NCBI GenBank assembly: GCA_963775955.1 | Contig: CAVZKT010000005.1 | Span: forward strand, 7,422-71,421 | DNA length: 64,000 nt | DNA from: Candidatus Moraniibacteriota bacterium | GTDB taxonomy: Bacteria > Patescibacteriota > Minisyncoccia > Moranbacterales > UBA2206 | Direction: 5' to 3' | In this document: one piece after another, positions 10,140 through 19,208 of the stretch | Position numbering within the stretch: position 1 is the first letter of the stretch | Layout of the letters: each line of letters starts with the position of its first letter | Program-made: the position numbers and the translations under genes | The notes under the pieces: generated by a model | What the model was told of the DNA's origin: nothing | What the model saw: the letters and a program-made list of their open reading frames with translations, nothing else | The model's database searches: none

Positions 10140-11021
10140 TTATCGCTGACAATCTTCACAAAAGAATACGCTTCTTTGCCCCAACGTTATACGCCTTATT
10201 ATTGTATCACACTTTCCGCATCTTTTTCCAGCCTGCCTATACACGCGCAAAGTTTTTTGGAATTTCCCCGGCGCGCCGGCAGTATCGCGGTAATCGCTGT
10301 CTGACGTCCCGCGTAGTTTTATGGCTTTATTGAGAACTTTTTTAATAGCCTGGTGTATTTTTTTAATTTCTTTATTATGTAAATCTTTTATATGCCGGGT
10401 TGGCAAGATTCCGGCTTCATACAAAATTTCACTGCGATAAATATTTCCAATGCCGGATATCAAATCTTGTTCCATAAGCACCAGCCCGATGGCTTTATTT
10501 TTCCTGCGATTTAATATTTCTTTAAATTTATCCAGAGTAAGTTCTTTACTCATAGTATCCGCTCCTAGCTTTTTAATTTCCGGCAAATTATTTATTTTTT
10601 CCGTGTCATCCAAAACCATCTTGGCAAATTTCCGCACATCGCTAAATTCTAAAGTCTTATTGCATGTTGCATGTTGCATGTTGCATGATTTAAGTTTCCA
10701 GATATGATGTATGTATTGATTGACCCGATCATTAAAATAATTTTTGGATTTTGGTTTTTGGTTTTTAGATTTTACCAAAAGATGGCCGGTCATTTTGAGA
10801 TGAATATAAAGCGTTTTGTTTCCGGACAAATCAATAAAAATATTTTTTCCGGTCCTCCGCGCGCCCAAAATCTTCCGCCCTTTAATTTCTTTCTCGAACT
10901 CTTTAAGCGACTTGCTTTTAATCGCCTTCGGCCAGTCGCTCCAAAAACCAGTGATAATGTCACCTTTAATTTTTTTATTTAAGTCTGTTATGATTGTTTG
11001 AACTTCGGGCAGTTCCGGCAT
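10140..11021 (-). CDS. mutM: formamidopyrimidine-DNA glycosylase (Fpg/MutM)
   Basis: MPELPEVQT N-terminus and a C-terminal zinc finger CGKCDTIIRRITLGQRSVFFCEDCQ. In-frame low-complexity insertions are encoded by heptamer repeats. Confidence 0.9.
   Translation of the reverse strand: MPELPEVQTIITDLNKKIKGDIITGFWSDWPKAIKSKSLKEFEKEIKGRKILGARRTGKNIFIDLSGNKTLYIHLKMTGHLLVKSKNQKPKSKNYFNDRVNQYIHHIWKLKSCNMQHATCNKTLEFSDVRKFAKMVLDDTEKINNLPEIKKLGADTMSKELTLDKFKEILNRRKNKAIGLVLMEQDLISGIGNIYRSEILYEAGILPTRHIKDLHNKEIKKIHQAIKKVLNKAIKLRGTSDSDYRDTAGAPGKFQKTLRVYRQAGKRCGKCDTIIRRITLGQRSVFFCEDCQR
10658..10775. repeat. TGCATGT x3.5 and TTTTGGT x4 heptamer arrays inside mutM
   Basis: tgcatgttgcatgttgcatgttgcatg (10660-10687) and ttttggattttggtttttggtttttag (10741-10768). 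Translated in frame as KSCNMQHATCN and KSKNQKPKSKN. Confidence 0.8.
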
Positions 11022-11038
11022 TTAATTTTTTAAAAATT

Positions 11039-12112
11039 TTACTTTCTAAAAGGCTGGAAGTAATTTTTGACCGCAAATTCAAATTGTTCAATAAATAATT
11101 GCTTGAAATAGCTGATGTTATTTTGCTCATAGAAAAGAATAACCGCTTTTTTGTATTCGGCTTCATCCACGCTGCGATAGGAAAGCGGGCAGATATTATG
11201 CGCCATTAGAATGGCGTTGCTCGCCATCCGGCTGGTTCTTTTGTTCCCGTCTTCAAAAGGCTGAATATAAGCAATCATTACAGATAAAATAATTGCTTTG
11301 GCAAACGGATCTTTTTCGCGGTTCACTAATTTGCATGTTTTTTCCAATGCCTCTTTAATTTGAAAGCTGTTGTCTAACGGCTTATATTTCGTACCGACTA
11401 TTCCCACGACTGATTTTCGCAGCCCTTGGGAAATTTTCAGGTTTTTTATCAGTAAAGAATGAACGTCCTCAATTTTGGCCACAGAAATGGTTTTGAAATT
11501 ATTTTTGTTGCTCCTGATATATTCCAGCGTCTTCTTGTGATTAAGAATCATAATCGCTTCCTCTTTCTTGCGCCCCTTAGCTTCTTTGTTTTCAGTGATT
11601 AATAATTCTGTTTCCAAAAGCGTATAAGTGTTGCCCTCAATTTGCGAGGATTTCCAACTTAGCTCAATCAGCAGCCGCTCAAATTCTTTTTTTTGCGCTG
11701 ACTTAGAAATGTCATCTATATTTTTTTTATAAGACCTGTTTGTTTTTTTAAGATATGCTTTTTCTTCCTGTGTGAAAATATCCCGTAAATATGAAAATAT
11801 ACCGAAATCAAAACGCTCCCTGGCTGTCCTTTTATCCGTGTCAGCTTTAAAATATTGAGAAACATCAACCGGTTTTATGAGATTATAATGTTTTGAAATA
11901 TCATACACAGTTGTGGTGCTTTTGCCCCGCCTAACCGCAAAACCGGCGCGCTTTAATTTATCTAAATCCCTATTTATTGTAATTTTGGAAATATCTCCCA
12001 TTTCTTTTTTAACTGTTTCTATAATTTCGGAAATCAAAAATGACCCGCCCTTTTCCAGTAAAGAGAGTATTATTTCCTGTCTCTTATTTAGCTTATTCAA
12101 TCTTATTTTCAT
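11039..12112 (-). CDS. Fic-family protein with N-terminal winged-HTH; catalytic motif degenerate (Gln in place of His)
   Basis: 357 aa. The motif IQPFEDGNKRTSRMASN matches HxFx(D/E)GNxRxxR except Q replaces the first H. The N-terminus looks like a DeoR-type HTH. Confidence 0.8.
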   Translation of the reverse strand: MKIRLNKLNKRQEIILSLLEKGGSFLISEIIETVKKEMGDISKITINRDLDKLKRAGFAVRRGKSTTTVYDISKHYNLIKPVDVSQYFKADTDKRTARERFDFGIFSYLRDIFTQEEKAYLKKTNRSYKKNIDDISKSAQKKEFERLLIELSWKSSQIEGNTYTLLETELLITENKEAKGRKKEEAIMILNHKKTLEYIRSNKNNFKTISVAKIEDVHSLLIKNLKISQGLRKSVVGIVGTKYKPLDNSFQIKEALEKTCKLVNREKDPFAKAIILSVMIAYIQPFEDGNKRTSRMASNAILMAHNICPLSYRSVDEAEYKKAVILFYEQNNISYFKQLFIEQFEFAVKNYFQPFRK

Positions 12113-12170
12113 ACTAGCGTATCATTTATATATCTAGAGCGTATCATTTTTGATACGCACTGTCAATCTC

Positions 12171-13850
12171 CTAAATCTCTCCCCAATTATCCCCAATTTT
12201 GACATTGGCGACCAGGGGAACTTTGAGTTTATAGACATTTTCCATAATCTCTTTTATTTTTTTTGCCACATCGCCGGCGATTCCTTCTTTCACCTCCAAA
12301 ATAATCTCGTCGTGAATCTGCAACAGTATTTTTACCCCGTTAAATTCCTGCGAAGCAGGACCGCCTCCTGCGGATTTAATGGGGCGAATATTCATGTTGC
12401 TTTTATATTCTTCAGAAACTTTTATCATAGCCAGTTTTACAATGTCGGCCGCCATGCCCTGGATCGGCATATTGATGGCCATGCGCTCCCCCGCGTTTTG
12501 CACCTGGAAATTGGGCGAGTTGATTTCCGGAATATAGCGGCGGCGGCCAAGCTCTGTTTCCACATAGCCGTTCTTTTTGGCAAATTCTTTGGTTTCGCGC
12601 ATATATTTCGCGATACCTTCAAATTTCTGCATATATTCATCAATAAATTTCCTGGCGTCATCCCTTTCGATGCCAGCCGCTTCGGAAAACCCGAAGACGC
12701 TCATGCCGTAAATCACTCCGAAATTCAACGCTTTGGCGCTGGAGCGCATTTTTTCCGTAACTTGGGATAGGGTTACTTTATTTATTTCCGCCGCAGTCGC
12801 CCGGTGCACATCCTCGCTCTTCAAAAATGTTTCAATCATTTTCTTGTCGCCGGAAACATGAGCCACCACGCGCAAATCGATCTGCGAATAATCGGCGCTG
12901 ACCAGTTTATATCCCCTTTCCGCCACAAAAGCCGTTCTTAATAATTGTCCCAAGTCCGTGCGGATGGGAATATTTTGCAAATTTGGGTCAGAAGAAGACA
13001 ATCTCCCTGTCGCGGTTACCGCCTGATTAAAAGTAGTATGAATTCTTTTGTTTTTATCCACTAATTTCGGCAGCGCGTCCAGATATGTTGTTTTTAATTT
13101 GAAAAGCTCGCGATATTCTTCGACTTTCTCGATAATTTTATGTTTTGGGCGAAGCTTGGCCAGTTCCGCCGAGGCCGTGGAAAAACCGGTCTTGATTTTT
13201 TTAATATCGCCGGTCGGAAGTTTTAATTTATCAAACAAAACGTCCGCCAGCTGCGAAGGAGAGTTAATATTGAATTCACATTTGCCCAGCTTGTGAATAT
13301 TCTTTTCCAGCCTGTTTATTGTCTCGGTTATTTTTTGGGAAATCCCTTTAAAAATAAGCGTGTTCAATTTAATGCCGGCAACTTCCATTTCGGCGAGAAT
13401 ATTGACCAGCGGCATTTCAATATTGTCAAGAACATACTTCAATGTTTTTCTCTCCTTAGTTAAGGAGAGATGCCCGGAGGGCAGAGAGGTTGTAGTTTCT
13501 TGTTCTTTAGAAATCTTCTCAATTTTTTCCTCATAAATATTTTTAAGCTTCCAGATATAATCCGCCGCCCGGCAGATTTTTTGCGCGACTGCTTCCGGTG
13601 TTTCAATTTCCAGCCCCAGCTGTCCGGTTTTAGTCTTGCCCTCAATTTCTTCGCCAATTTCTTCCAAGACCAAATTTTTAAATTCAATTTTTCCGCCCGG
13701 ATTCAAAACATAAGCAGCCAGCATTATGTCGTAATTATTGCCTTTTAATTCAATATCATATTTTTTCAGCACCTCATAAACATATTTCAAATCATACCCG
13801 ATTTTAGTAATATTCTCATCCTCTAAAATAATTTTAACTTTTTCCGCCAA
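12171..13850 (-). CDS. polA: DNA polymerase I, C-terminal fragment (rest of the exo-like domain plus polymerase domain)
   Basis: 559 aa, in the same frame as the upstream fragment, TTG start two codons after TGA-TAA. Motifs: DYSQIDLRV, KALNFGVIYG, QIHDEI. Confidence 0.9.
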   Translation of the reverse strand: MAEKVKIILEDENITKIGYDLKYVYEVLKKYDIELKGNNYDIMLAAYVLNPGGKIEFKNLVLEEIGEEIEGKTKTGQLGLEIETPEAVAQKICRAADYIWKLKNIYEEKIEKISKEQETTTSLPSGHLSLTKERKTLKYVLDNIEMPLVNILAEMEVAGIKLNTLIFKGISQKITETINRLEKNIHKLGKCEFNINSPSQLADVLFDKLKLPTGDIKKIKTGFSTASAELAKLRPKHKIIEKVEEYRELFKLKTTYLDALPKLVDKNKRIHTTFNQAVTATGRLSSSDPNLQNIPIRTDLGQLLRTAFVAERGYKLVSADYSQIDLRVVAHVSGDKKMIETFLKSEDVHRATAAEINKVTLSQVTEKMRSSAKALNFGVIYGMSVFGFSEAAGIERDDARKFIDEYMQKFEGIAKYMRETKEFAKKNGYVETELGRRRYIPEINSPNFQVQNAGERMAINMPIQGMAADIVKLAMIKVSEEYKSNMNIRPIKSAGGGPASQEFNGVKILLQIHDEIILEVKEGIAGDVAKKIKEIMENVYKLKVPLVANVKIGDNWGEI

Positions 13851-13856
13851 GGCTTA

Positions 13857-14975
13857 TCACTTCGCTGAAATTTCAATATATCCCGCCCGCCCGGTTTTGT
13901 AACAAAAAGCAATTCCCAATAAATCGCTGTTATAATATTTATCGCCGGTAGTGCGAATATATATCGCGATTTCTTTCTGCTCACTTAATAATTTAATAAA
14001 TTCATCCAGCTTGTCCTTGGTAATCAATTCAAATTTAAAGTCGCTAACTCCAGATTCGTTTTTAAAGCTCGGCTTTAAGTCCGGAAAAGCCGAGCTTTGG
14101 GACGAATCCGGCAATCTTTTTATTAAACTAAAAAAATTAAGTTCCTGAAACAAATTAACGATTTTCTGCCGGTCAAATTCGCGCGTTACTGCTTGCGCGA
14201 GATCCAATTCGACCGGAACATTTGTCTGGATAGTTGCCAATCTTTTGGAAAGCAGCGCTTGAGATTTATCTCTTTCCAATTTGTCGTGAAGGGCGCCTTT
14301 TATTTCGGGAAGATTCTGGTAAACATTTTCAATGGCGCCATATTTCTGTAAAAGCTCAATCGCTGTTTTTTCACCAATGCCTTTCACTCCCGGAATATTG
14401 TCCGACGGGTCGCCGCGCAGTCCCTTGTAGTCAATCATCTGGTCCGGCCTTAAGCCGTAGCGTTCTTGAACAGCAGCGTCGTCATAAATAGTCGTGTCGC
14501 TCATGCCCCGGCGCAGGGCATAGACTTTTGTTTTAGGAGTTATTAATTGCAAAGTATCCAGATCCCCGGTCACTATTATATTTTCCACATTGGCCTCTTT
14601 TTCCGCTTGCCCGGCAATTGTCCCGATGACATCGTCCGCTTCAAAGCCCTGCATTTCAAAAATCGGAATATTGAAAGCGCACACTACTTCCTTCACCCGG
14701 CCAATTTGCGCGTAGAGCTCGTCCGGCGCTTTTACTCTAGTAGCTTTATATTCTTTATATTCCTCGTGCCGGAAAGTCGGCCCGGCCAAATCAAAAGTGG
14801 CCAGAATGTAATCCGGCTTAAGCTCACTGATGACTTTCAAAAGCACGCTCGTAAAGCCATACACCGCATTCACCAGCTCGCCTTTTTTGGTCGTCAGCGG
14901 CGGCAGGGCGTGATAGGCCCGGTGAATAATGGCATTGCCGTCAATAAGGACCAGTTTTTTAGCAGGTTTTTCCAT
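13857..14975 (-). CDS. polA: DNA polymerase I, N-terminal fragment (5'-3' exonuclease plus start of a vestigial 3'-5' exo domain)
   Basis: 372 aa with LIDGNAIIHRAYHA, GDPSDNIPGVKGIGEKTA. It ends at an in-frame TGA immediately followed by TAA. Confidence 0.9.
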   Translation of the reverse strand: MEKPAKKLVLIDGNAIIHRAYHALPPLTTKKGELVNAVYGFTSVLLKVISELKPDYILATFDLAGPTFRHEEYKEYKATRVKAPDELYAQIGRVKEVVCAFNIPIFEMQGFEADDVIGTIAGQAEKEANVENIIVTGDLDTLQLITPKTKVYALRRGMSDTTIYDDAAVQERYGLRPDQMIDYKGLRGDPSDNIPGVKGIGEKTAIELLQKYGAIENVYQNLPEIKGALHDKLERDKSQALLSKRLATIQTNVPVELDLAQAVTREFDRQKIVNLFQELNFFSLIKRLPDSSQSSAFPDLKPSFKNESGVSDFKFELITKDKLDEFIKLLSEQKEIAIYIRTTGDKYYNSDLLGIAFCYKTGRAGYIEISAK

Positions 14976-15050
14976 ATTTTAATTATATCATTCGCCCTGA
15001 TTATTACAAACAAAAAACCGGTTTTTATAATCAGCCGGCAAGTAAATAAA

Positions 15051-15082
15051 ATTAATTACGTAATTAATTACGTAATTAATTT
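15051..15082. repeat. two overlapping copies of the 20-bp palindrome AATTAATTACGTAATTAATT
   Basis: Read directly between the polA start and the tsaE stop. The copies are offset by 12 nt. Confidence 0.8.
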
Positions 15083-15091
15083 TCTGCGCAA

Positions 15092-15565
15092 TTACAGGAA
15101 CTTAATTTCTCTTTTATTTTTATCTACCCACTCAAATTTTATCCAAAGACTATTTTTCGGAATTATTTTTTTAATCCGGTCGGCCCATTCAATGATAACA
15201 ATATTATTCTTGTTAAAAATTATTTCTTCCCAGCCTAAATTTAAAATGTCTTTGCTGCCAACTCTATACGCGTCAAAGTGGTAGACATTACGAAGCATAA
15301 AACATGAAGCATGAAGCAATTTTCGTTTTTTTGTTTTATGTTTTATGTTACATGTTATATGATAATGTTTCATAATGACAAAAGTAGGACTTGTGTGGGG
15401 TCCTTTTATTTTCAGTCCTTTTAGCAATCCCTGGGTGAAAGTAGTTTTCCCGGAACCTAATTCTCCGGAAAGACAAATGATTGCCTCGCCTTTTAATTCT
15501 TGCGCCAAAAGCTCGCCCAGTTTTTGGGTTTGTTTTGCGCTGGTTGTAATAAATTCTTTTTGCAT
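15092..15565 (-). CDS. tsaE: tRNA t6A biosynthesis ATPase TsaE with an in-frame repeat insertion
   Basis: GELGSGKTTFTQGLLKGL P-loop and ..SPTFVIMKHY[~25 aa insert]VYHFDAYRV. The insert is encoded by CATGAAG / TTTTATG heptamers at 15291-15367. Confidence 0.85.
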   Translation of the reverse strand: MQKEFITTSAKQTQKLGELLAQELKGEAIICLSGELGSGKTTFTQGLLKGLKIKGPHTSPTFVIMKHYHITCNIKHKTKKRKLLHASCFMLRNVYHFDAYRVGSKDILNLGWEEIIFNKNNIVIIEWADRIKKIIPKNSLWIKFEWVDKNKREIKFL

Positions 15566-15639
15566 ATTTTAATGTTAACTTTTTTCAGGAAAAAATAAAA
15601 GGGCTAGGTTTGATAAATCAAACTTCGCCCCAAAACATT

Positions 15640-15930
15640 TTACCAATGCCTATGCGATTGGTTATAAAAAGTGGGATATGGCCTTGGCAGAACGCTAATA
15701 TCTCGAAGATATGACGGTGCCACTGGCCCCCCACAGCGCAATGGCAGACCGGAAGTGTTATATCCGCAGATCGGTTCATACACATACCCTGGATAATATA
15801 CAGGGGACTCGGCATATGAGCCGCTGACGCCTATGTTTCTGCCATAATAGGCGCCTCCGCAAGCTGTAAAGCCGGCGGACATAAAAACAACAACCAAAAA
15901 CAGCATTCCGATAATAATTCTTTTTCCCAC
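15640..15930 (-). CDS. small putative lipoprotein
   Basis: 96 aa. A hydrophobic N-terminus is followed by the lipobox-like SAGFTAC. The protein is Pro/Tyr/Gly-rich with no recognisable family. Confidence 0.4.
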   Translation of the reverse strand: MGKRIIIGMLFLVVVFMSAGFTACGGAYYGRNIGVSGSYAESPVYYPGYVYEPICGYNTSGLPLRCGGPVAPSYLRDISVLPRPYPTFYNQSHRHW

Positions 15931-16080
15931 TTTTCACCTTCCTTTTTAAATGGTTTATATATAAAGAACAGCCTATTCTTCTCCGTTGATATTACACCCT
16001 ACACCAAAACCCCAAAAAAGTCAAGGGCTTTATTGACATAAGTTTTTTTACCTGCTACTTTATATTACTAACCTAAATTT

Positions 16081-17211
16081 ATGTCTCTTGAACCCATCCA
16101 ACAATTCAAAAATTTTCTGGAAAAGTCAAAAGAGGTTTTAATTTTAATTCCGGAAAATCCAAGCGGCGACGCCATCAGTTCCGCCTGGGCGCTTTACTAT
16201 TTTTTGGAGCAGAAAAATATCCTCCCGGCCATCGCCATAGCCAATGGTTTTCCGCCAAAGTTTTCCTTCCTGCCCCGGCCGGAAAATATCATCCCGCAAA
16301 TTTCCAGCGCCCGGGATTTTGTTCTATCCTTTGATACGACCAAAAATAAAATTATTGCCGTGCGTTCGGAAGAAAAAGAAAATAATTTTCAAGTTTTCAT
16401 TACTCCGGAAAAAGGCGCTATCAATCCGCGGGACTTTTCTTTTATTCTCGCTAAATTCAAATATGATTTAATTATAGTTTTGGATTGCCCGGATCTGGAG
16501 AAGCTGGGCAGAATTTATACTGAAAATACGGAATTGTTTTTTGAAGTTCCGGTTGTAAATATCGACCACCAGCCGGACAATGAAAATTTCGGCCAGATAA
16601 ATTTGGTAGATGTGGTCGCGTCTTCCGTAAGCGAAATCCTCGCTGGCGTTTTGGAAAATATTGACTATCAGGCCGTCAACGAAAAAATTGCCGGCTGCCT
16701 CCTGGCTGGAATTATCAGCGCCACCGACAGTTTCCAAAAGAAAAATACGACTCCGCGCGCGCTGCTCACCGCCGCCACGCTGATGGATAAGGGCGCTAAC
16801 CAGCAGGAAATTGTGCGCTGGCTCTACAAAACCCAGCCGCTTTCCGTTCTGAAGCTTTGGGGCCGGGCTATGGCTAAAATCAATTCCGACGAAAAAGCCG
16901 GACTTGTCTGGACCGCGCTGACCGTTTCTGACTTTGTGCAAAGCCGGACCACGCCGGAAAATATTCCTGAAATTCTGGAAAAACTGGAAGAAAATTACAT
17001 TGAAGGCAAAATTTTTATACTGCTTCATAACGACACGCCCGCAACAACCGTCGCCGAGATCAAACTGGCCGACCCCGCACTTCTTCCCAAGCTGGCCTCT
17101 TCTCTAAATGGCGAAATTAAAAAAGGAATCTTGGAAATCAAAATCCCCGAAAGCAATCTGGAAATAGTCGGCGAAACTTTGGCCAAAAAGATCAAAGAAA
17201 TGGGAATTTAG
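16081..17211 (+). CDS. DHH-family phosphoesterase (NrnA-like), DHH motif reads DHQ
   Basis: 376 aa with DHH/DHHA1-like architecture; VVNIDHQPDNENFG and a GGH-like region. Confidence 0.65.
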   Translation: MSLEPIQQFKNFLEKSKEVLILIPENPSGDAISSAWALYYFLEQKNILPAIAIANGFPPKFSFLPRPENIIPQISSARDFVLSFDTTKNKIIAVRSEEKENNFQVFITPEKGAINPRDFSFILAKFKYDLIIVLDCPDLEKLGRIYTENTELFFEVPVVNIDHQPDNENFGQINLVDVVASSVSEILAGVLENIDYQAVNEKIAGCLLAGIISATDSFQKKNTTPRALLTAATLMDKGANQQEIVRWLYKTQPLSVLKLWGRAMAKINSDEKAGLVWTALTVSDFVQSRTTPENIPEILEKLEENYIEGKIFILLHNDTPATTVAEIKLADPALLPKLASSLNGEIKKGILEIKIPESNLEIVGETLAKKIKEMGI

Positions 17212-17235
17212 AATTTTTTCCGTAAATATTTTAGA

Positions 17236-17263
17236 AGCCCCGCTAACTTTCGCGGGCTTTTTT
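17236..17263 (+). terminator. rho-independent terminator after the DHH gene
   Basis: AGCCCCGC taactttc GCGGGCT followed by TTTTTT. Confidence 0.6.
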
Positions 17264-17309
17264 AGTTTTTGTGAATGTGTGATAAAATAACTTAAAAGGA
17301 ACCCGTTCT

Positions 17310-17358
17310 TTGGACATCGGATGTCCAAGCAAAACGGCCAAAGGACATCCGATGTCTT
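17310..17358. promoter_or_regulatory. two copies of a GGACATC-N-GATGTCC palindrome directly upstream of the ATPase gene
   Basis: TTGGACATCGGATGTCCAA (17310-17328) and AAGGACATCCGATGTCTT (17341-17358). The start codon is at 17365. Confidence 0.4.
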
Positions 17359-17364
17359 AAAAAT

Positions 17365-19208
17365 ATGCCAAAGGTAATCAAAACAAATCTCCAAACAGAG
17401 GATCAGAAAGAAAAAGAAACACAAAAAGTCCTCACTAAAATGCAGCGCGCTTCCGAAGAAGAGCAGGCGTCTGTTTTTGCGGCGGAAATCGGCTTTCCAT
17501 ATCTGGATACCAATCTGGTTCCTATCAGCAATGACAGTTTGCGGATTATCAAGGAAGAAGACTCGCGCAAATATCAAGTAGCTGTCATCGTAAAAATCGG
17601 CAAGAAAGTCCACATGGTTTCGCCTGACCCGACTGCCCCGGAAACCTCTAAATTTATTCAGAAACTCTCCGACGAAAAAGGCTGGGAGATAAAAGTTTTC
17701 GTGATTTCCCGGCATAATATGGAAAAAATCCGGGAAAGATATAAAACTATTGTTTTTGTCGATATTCTTACGGAATACAGCGTTAATTTGAGCGCCGAAG
17801 AACTGGAAAAATTTGACCAGGAACTTAAAGATTTAATAACCCTCAAACAAAGGATAACTGAGCTTCCTATAACTCAGATCCTTAATGTCATAATGGGCGG
17901 AGCCTATAAGCTCGGAGCCAGCGACGTGCATATCGAACCGCAGGAAAAAGAACTGCGTTTGCGCTACCGCATCGACGGCGTTTTGCATGATGTCGCCGAA
18001 CTGCCTCTCACCACTTTCAAATCCATTGTTTCACGCGTCAAAATGATGTCGGGAATGAAAATTAATCTGCACGATATCGCGCAAGATGGAACTTTTGAGG
18101 TAAATCTCGCTTCCAAAAAAATTGACATTCGCGTTTCCCTCATCCCGGGAAATTTCGGGGAAATTATCGTGATGCGCCTTCTGGATCCCGACTCAATTAA
18201 TGTCAGCTATTGAAGAATTGGGGCTACGCGGACTTGGCTTACGAAGAACTGCAAAAACAAATAGCTTCTCCCAATGGCATGATTCTCAACACCGGACCGA
18301 CCGGCTCGGGAAAAACCACCACGCTTTATGCCATTATTAAAAAACTTAATAGTCCGGAAAATAAAATTATCACTATTGAGGATCCGATTGAATATGAAGT
18401 CAAAGGCATTTCGCAGACACAAGTGGAAAAAGACCGCGGCTATACTTTTGCCCAGGGACTGCGCGCCATCGTGCGTCAGGACCCGGACATCATTCTCGTT
18501 GGTGAAATTCGCGATGAAGAAACCGCCGACATCGCCGTCAATTCCGCGCTCACCGGGCATTTGGTGCTTTCCACGCTCCACACTAACAACGCCGTCGGCT
18601 CTATTCCGCGCCTGATTGAGTTGGGCGTGAAACCTACCCTGCTTCCGCCTTCAGTCAATGCTCTTATCGGCCAAAGATTAGTGCGTAAACTCTGCGACTG
18701 TAAAGAAGAATATGTTCCAGCCAAAGAATCCATCGAATCGCTTAAAAAAATTCTTTCCATAATTTCTCCCAAAGCCAAACTTGATATTCCCACGGAAATC
18801 ACCAGGCTTTACCGGCCCAAGGGCTGTTCCAAGTGCAACCACCTCGGCTACAAAGGGCGGATCGGAATTTTTGAAATTTTGACCATCAACAATGAAATTG
18901 AAAAGCTGATTTTGGAAATGGCCGGGGAAACTGAACTGACCGTCGCCGCGCTGGAATCGGGAATGGTGACTATGCTTCAAGACGGAATTTTGAAAGCCGT
19001 CGAAGGCATAACCTCAATTGAAGAGGTGCGGCGCGTGACCGGCGAAGGCGATTTTCTGGAAGATATTTATGAAAAACTGATGGCGCAGACTTTTTCCAGA
19101 AAGCTGGTGGTCACTAAAAAATCTTTTGAAAAAACCGCACATGTTGTCAAGGATTTCAAAAAATTTGAAAAAGTGCTGCAGAGAATCCAAATTGCCGGAA
19201 CTCAATGA
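17365..19208 (+). CDS. GspE/PilB-type secretion/pilus ATPase (copy 1), one frameshift
   Basis: An MshEN-like N-terminus, then GASDVHIEP, then (after a shift near 18205) Walker [37 protein letters not shown] and a CxxC..CxxC cluster. Confidence 0.85.

Noticed and set aside
13854-13859. Alternative genetic code (TGA read as an amino acid, as in some candidate phyla) to explain the polA interruption
   Set aside because: The TGA is immediately followed by TAA. TGA also terminates conserved genes here at the expected positions, for example dnaA and the YebC-like and flippase genes.
12150-17715. Long antisense ORFs (12150..12770, 14547..15284, 16468..17028, 17104..17715) and similar ones opposite hsdR (52760..53389)
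   Set aside because: Each lies opposite a gene with unmistakable conserved motifs (polA, tsaE, the DHH gene, the GspE gene, hsdR). None shows a recognisable motif of its own.
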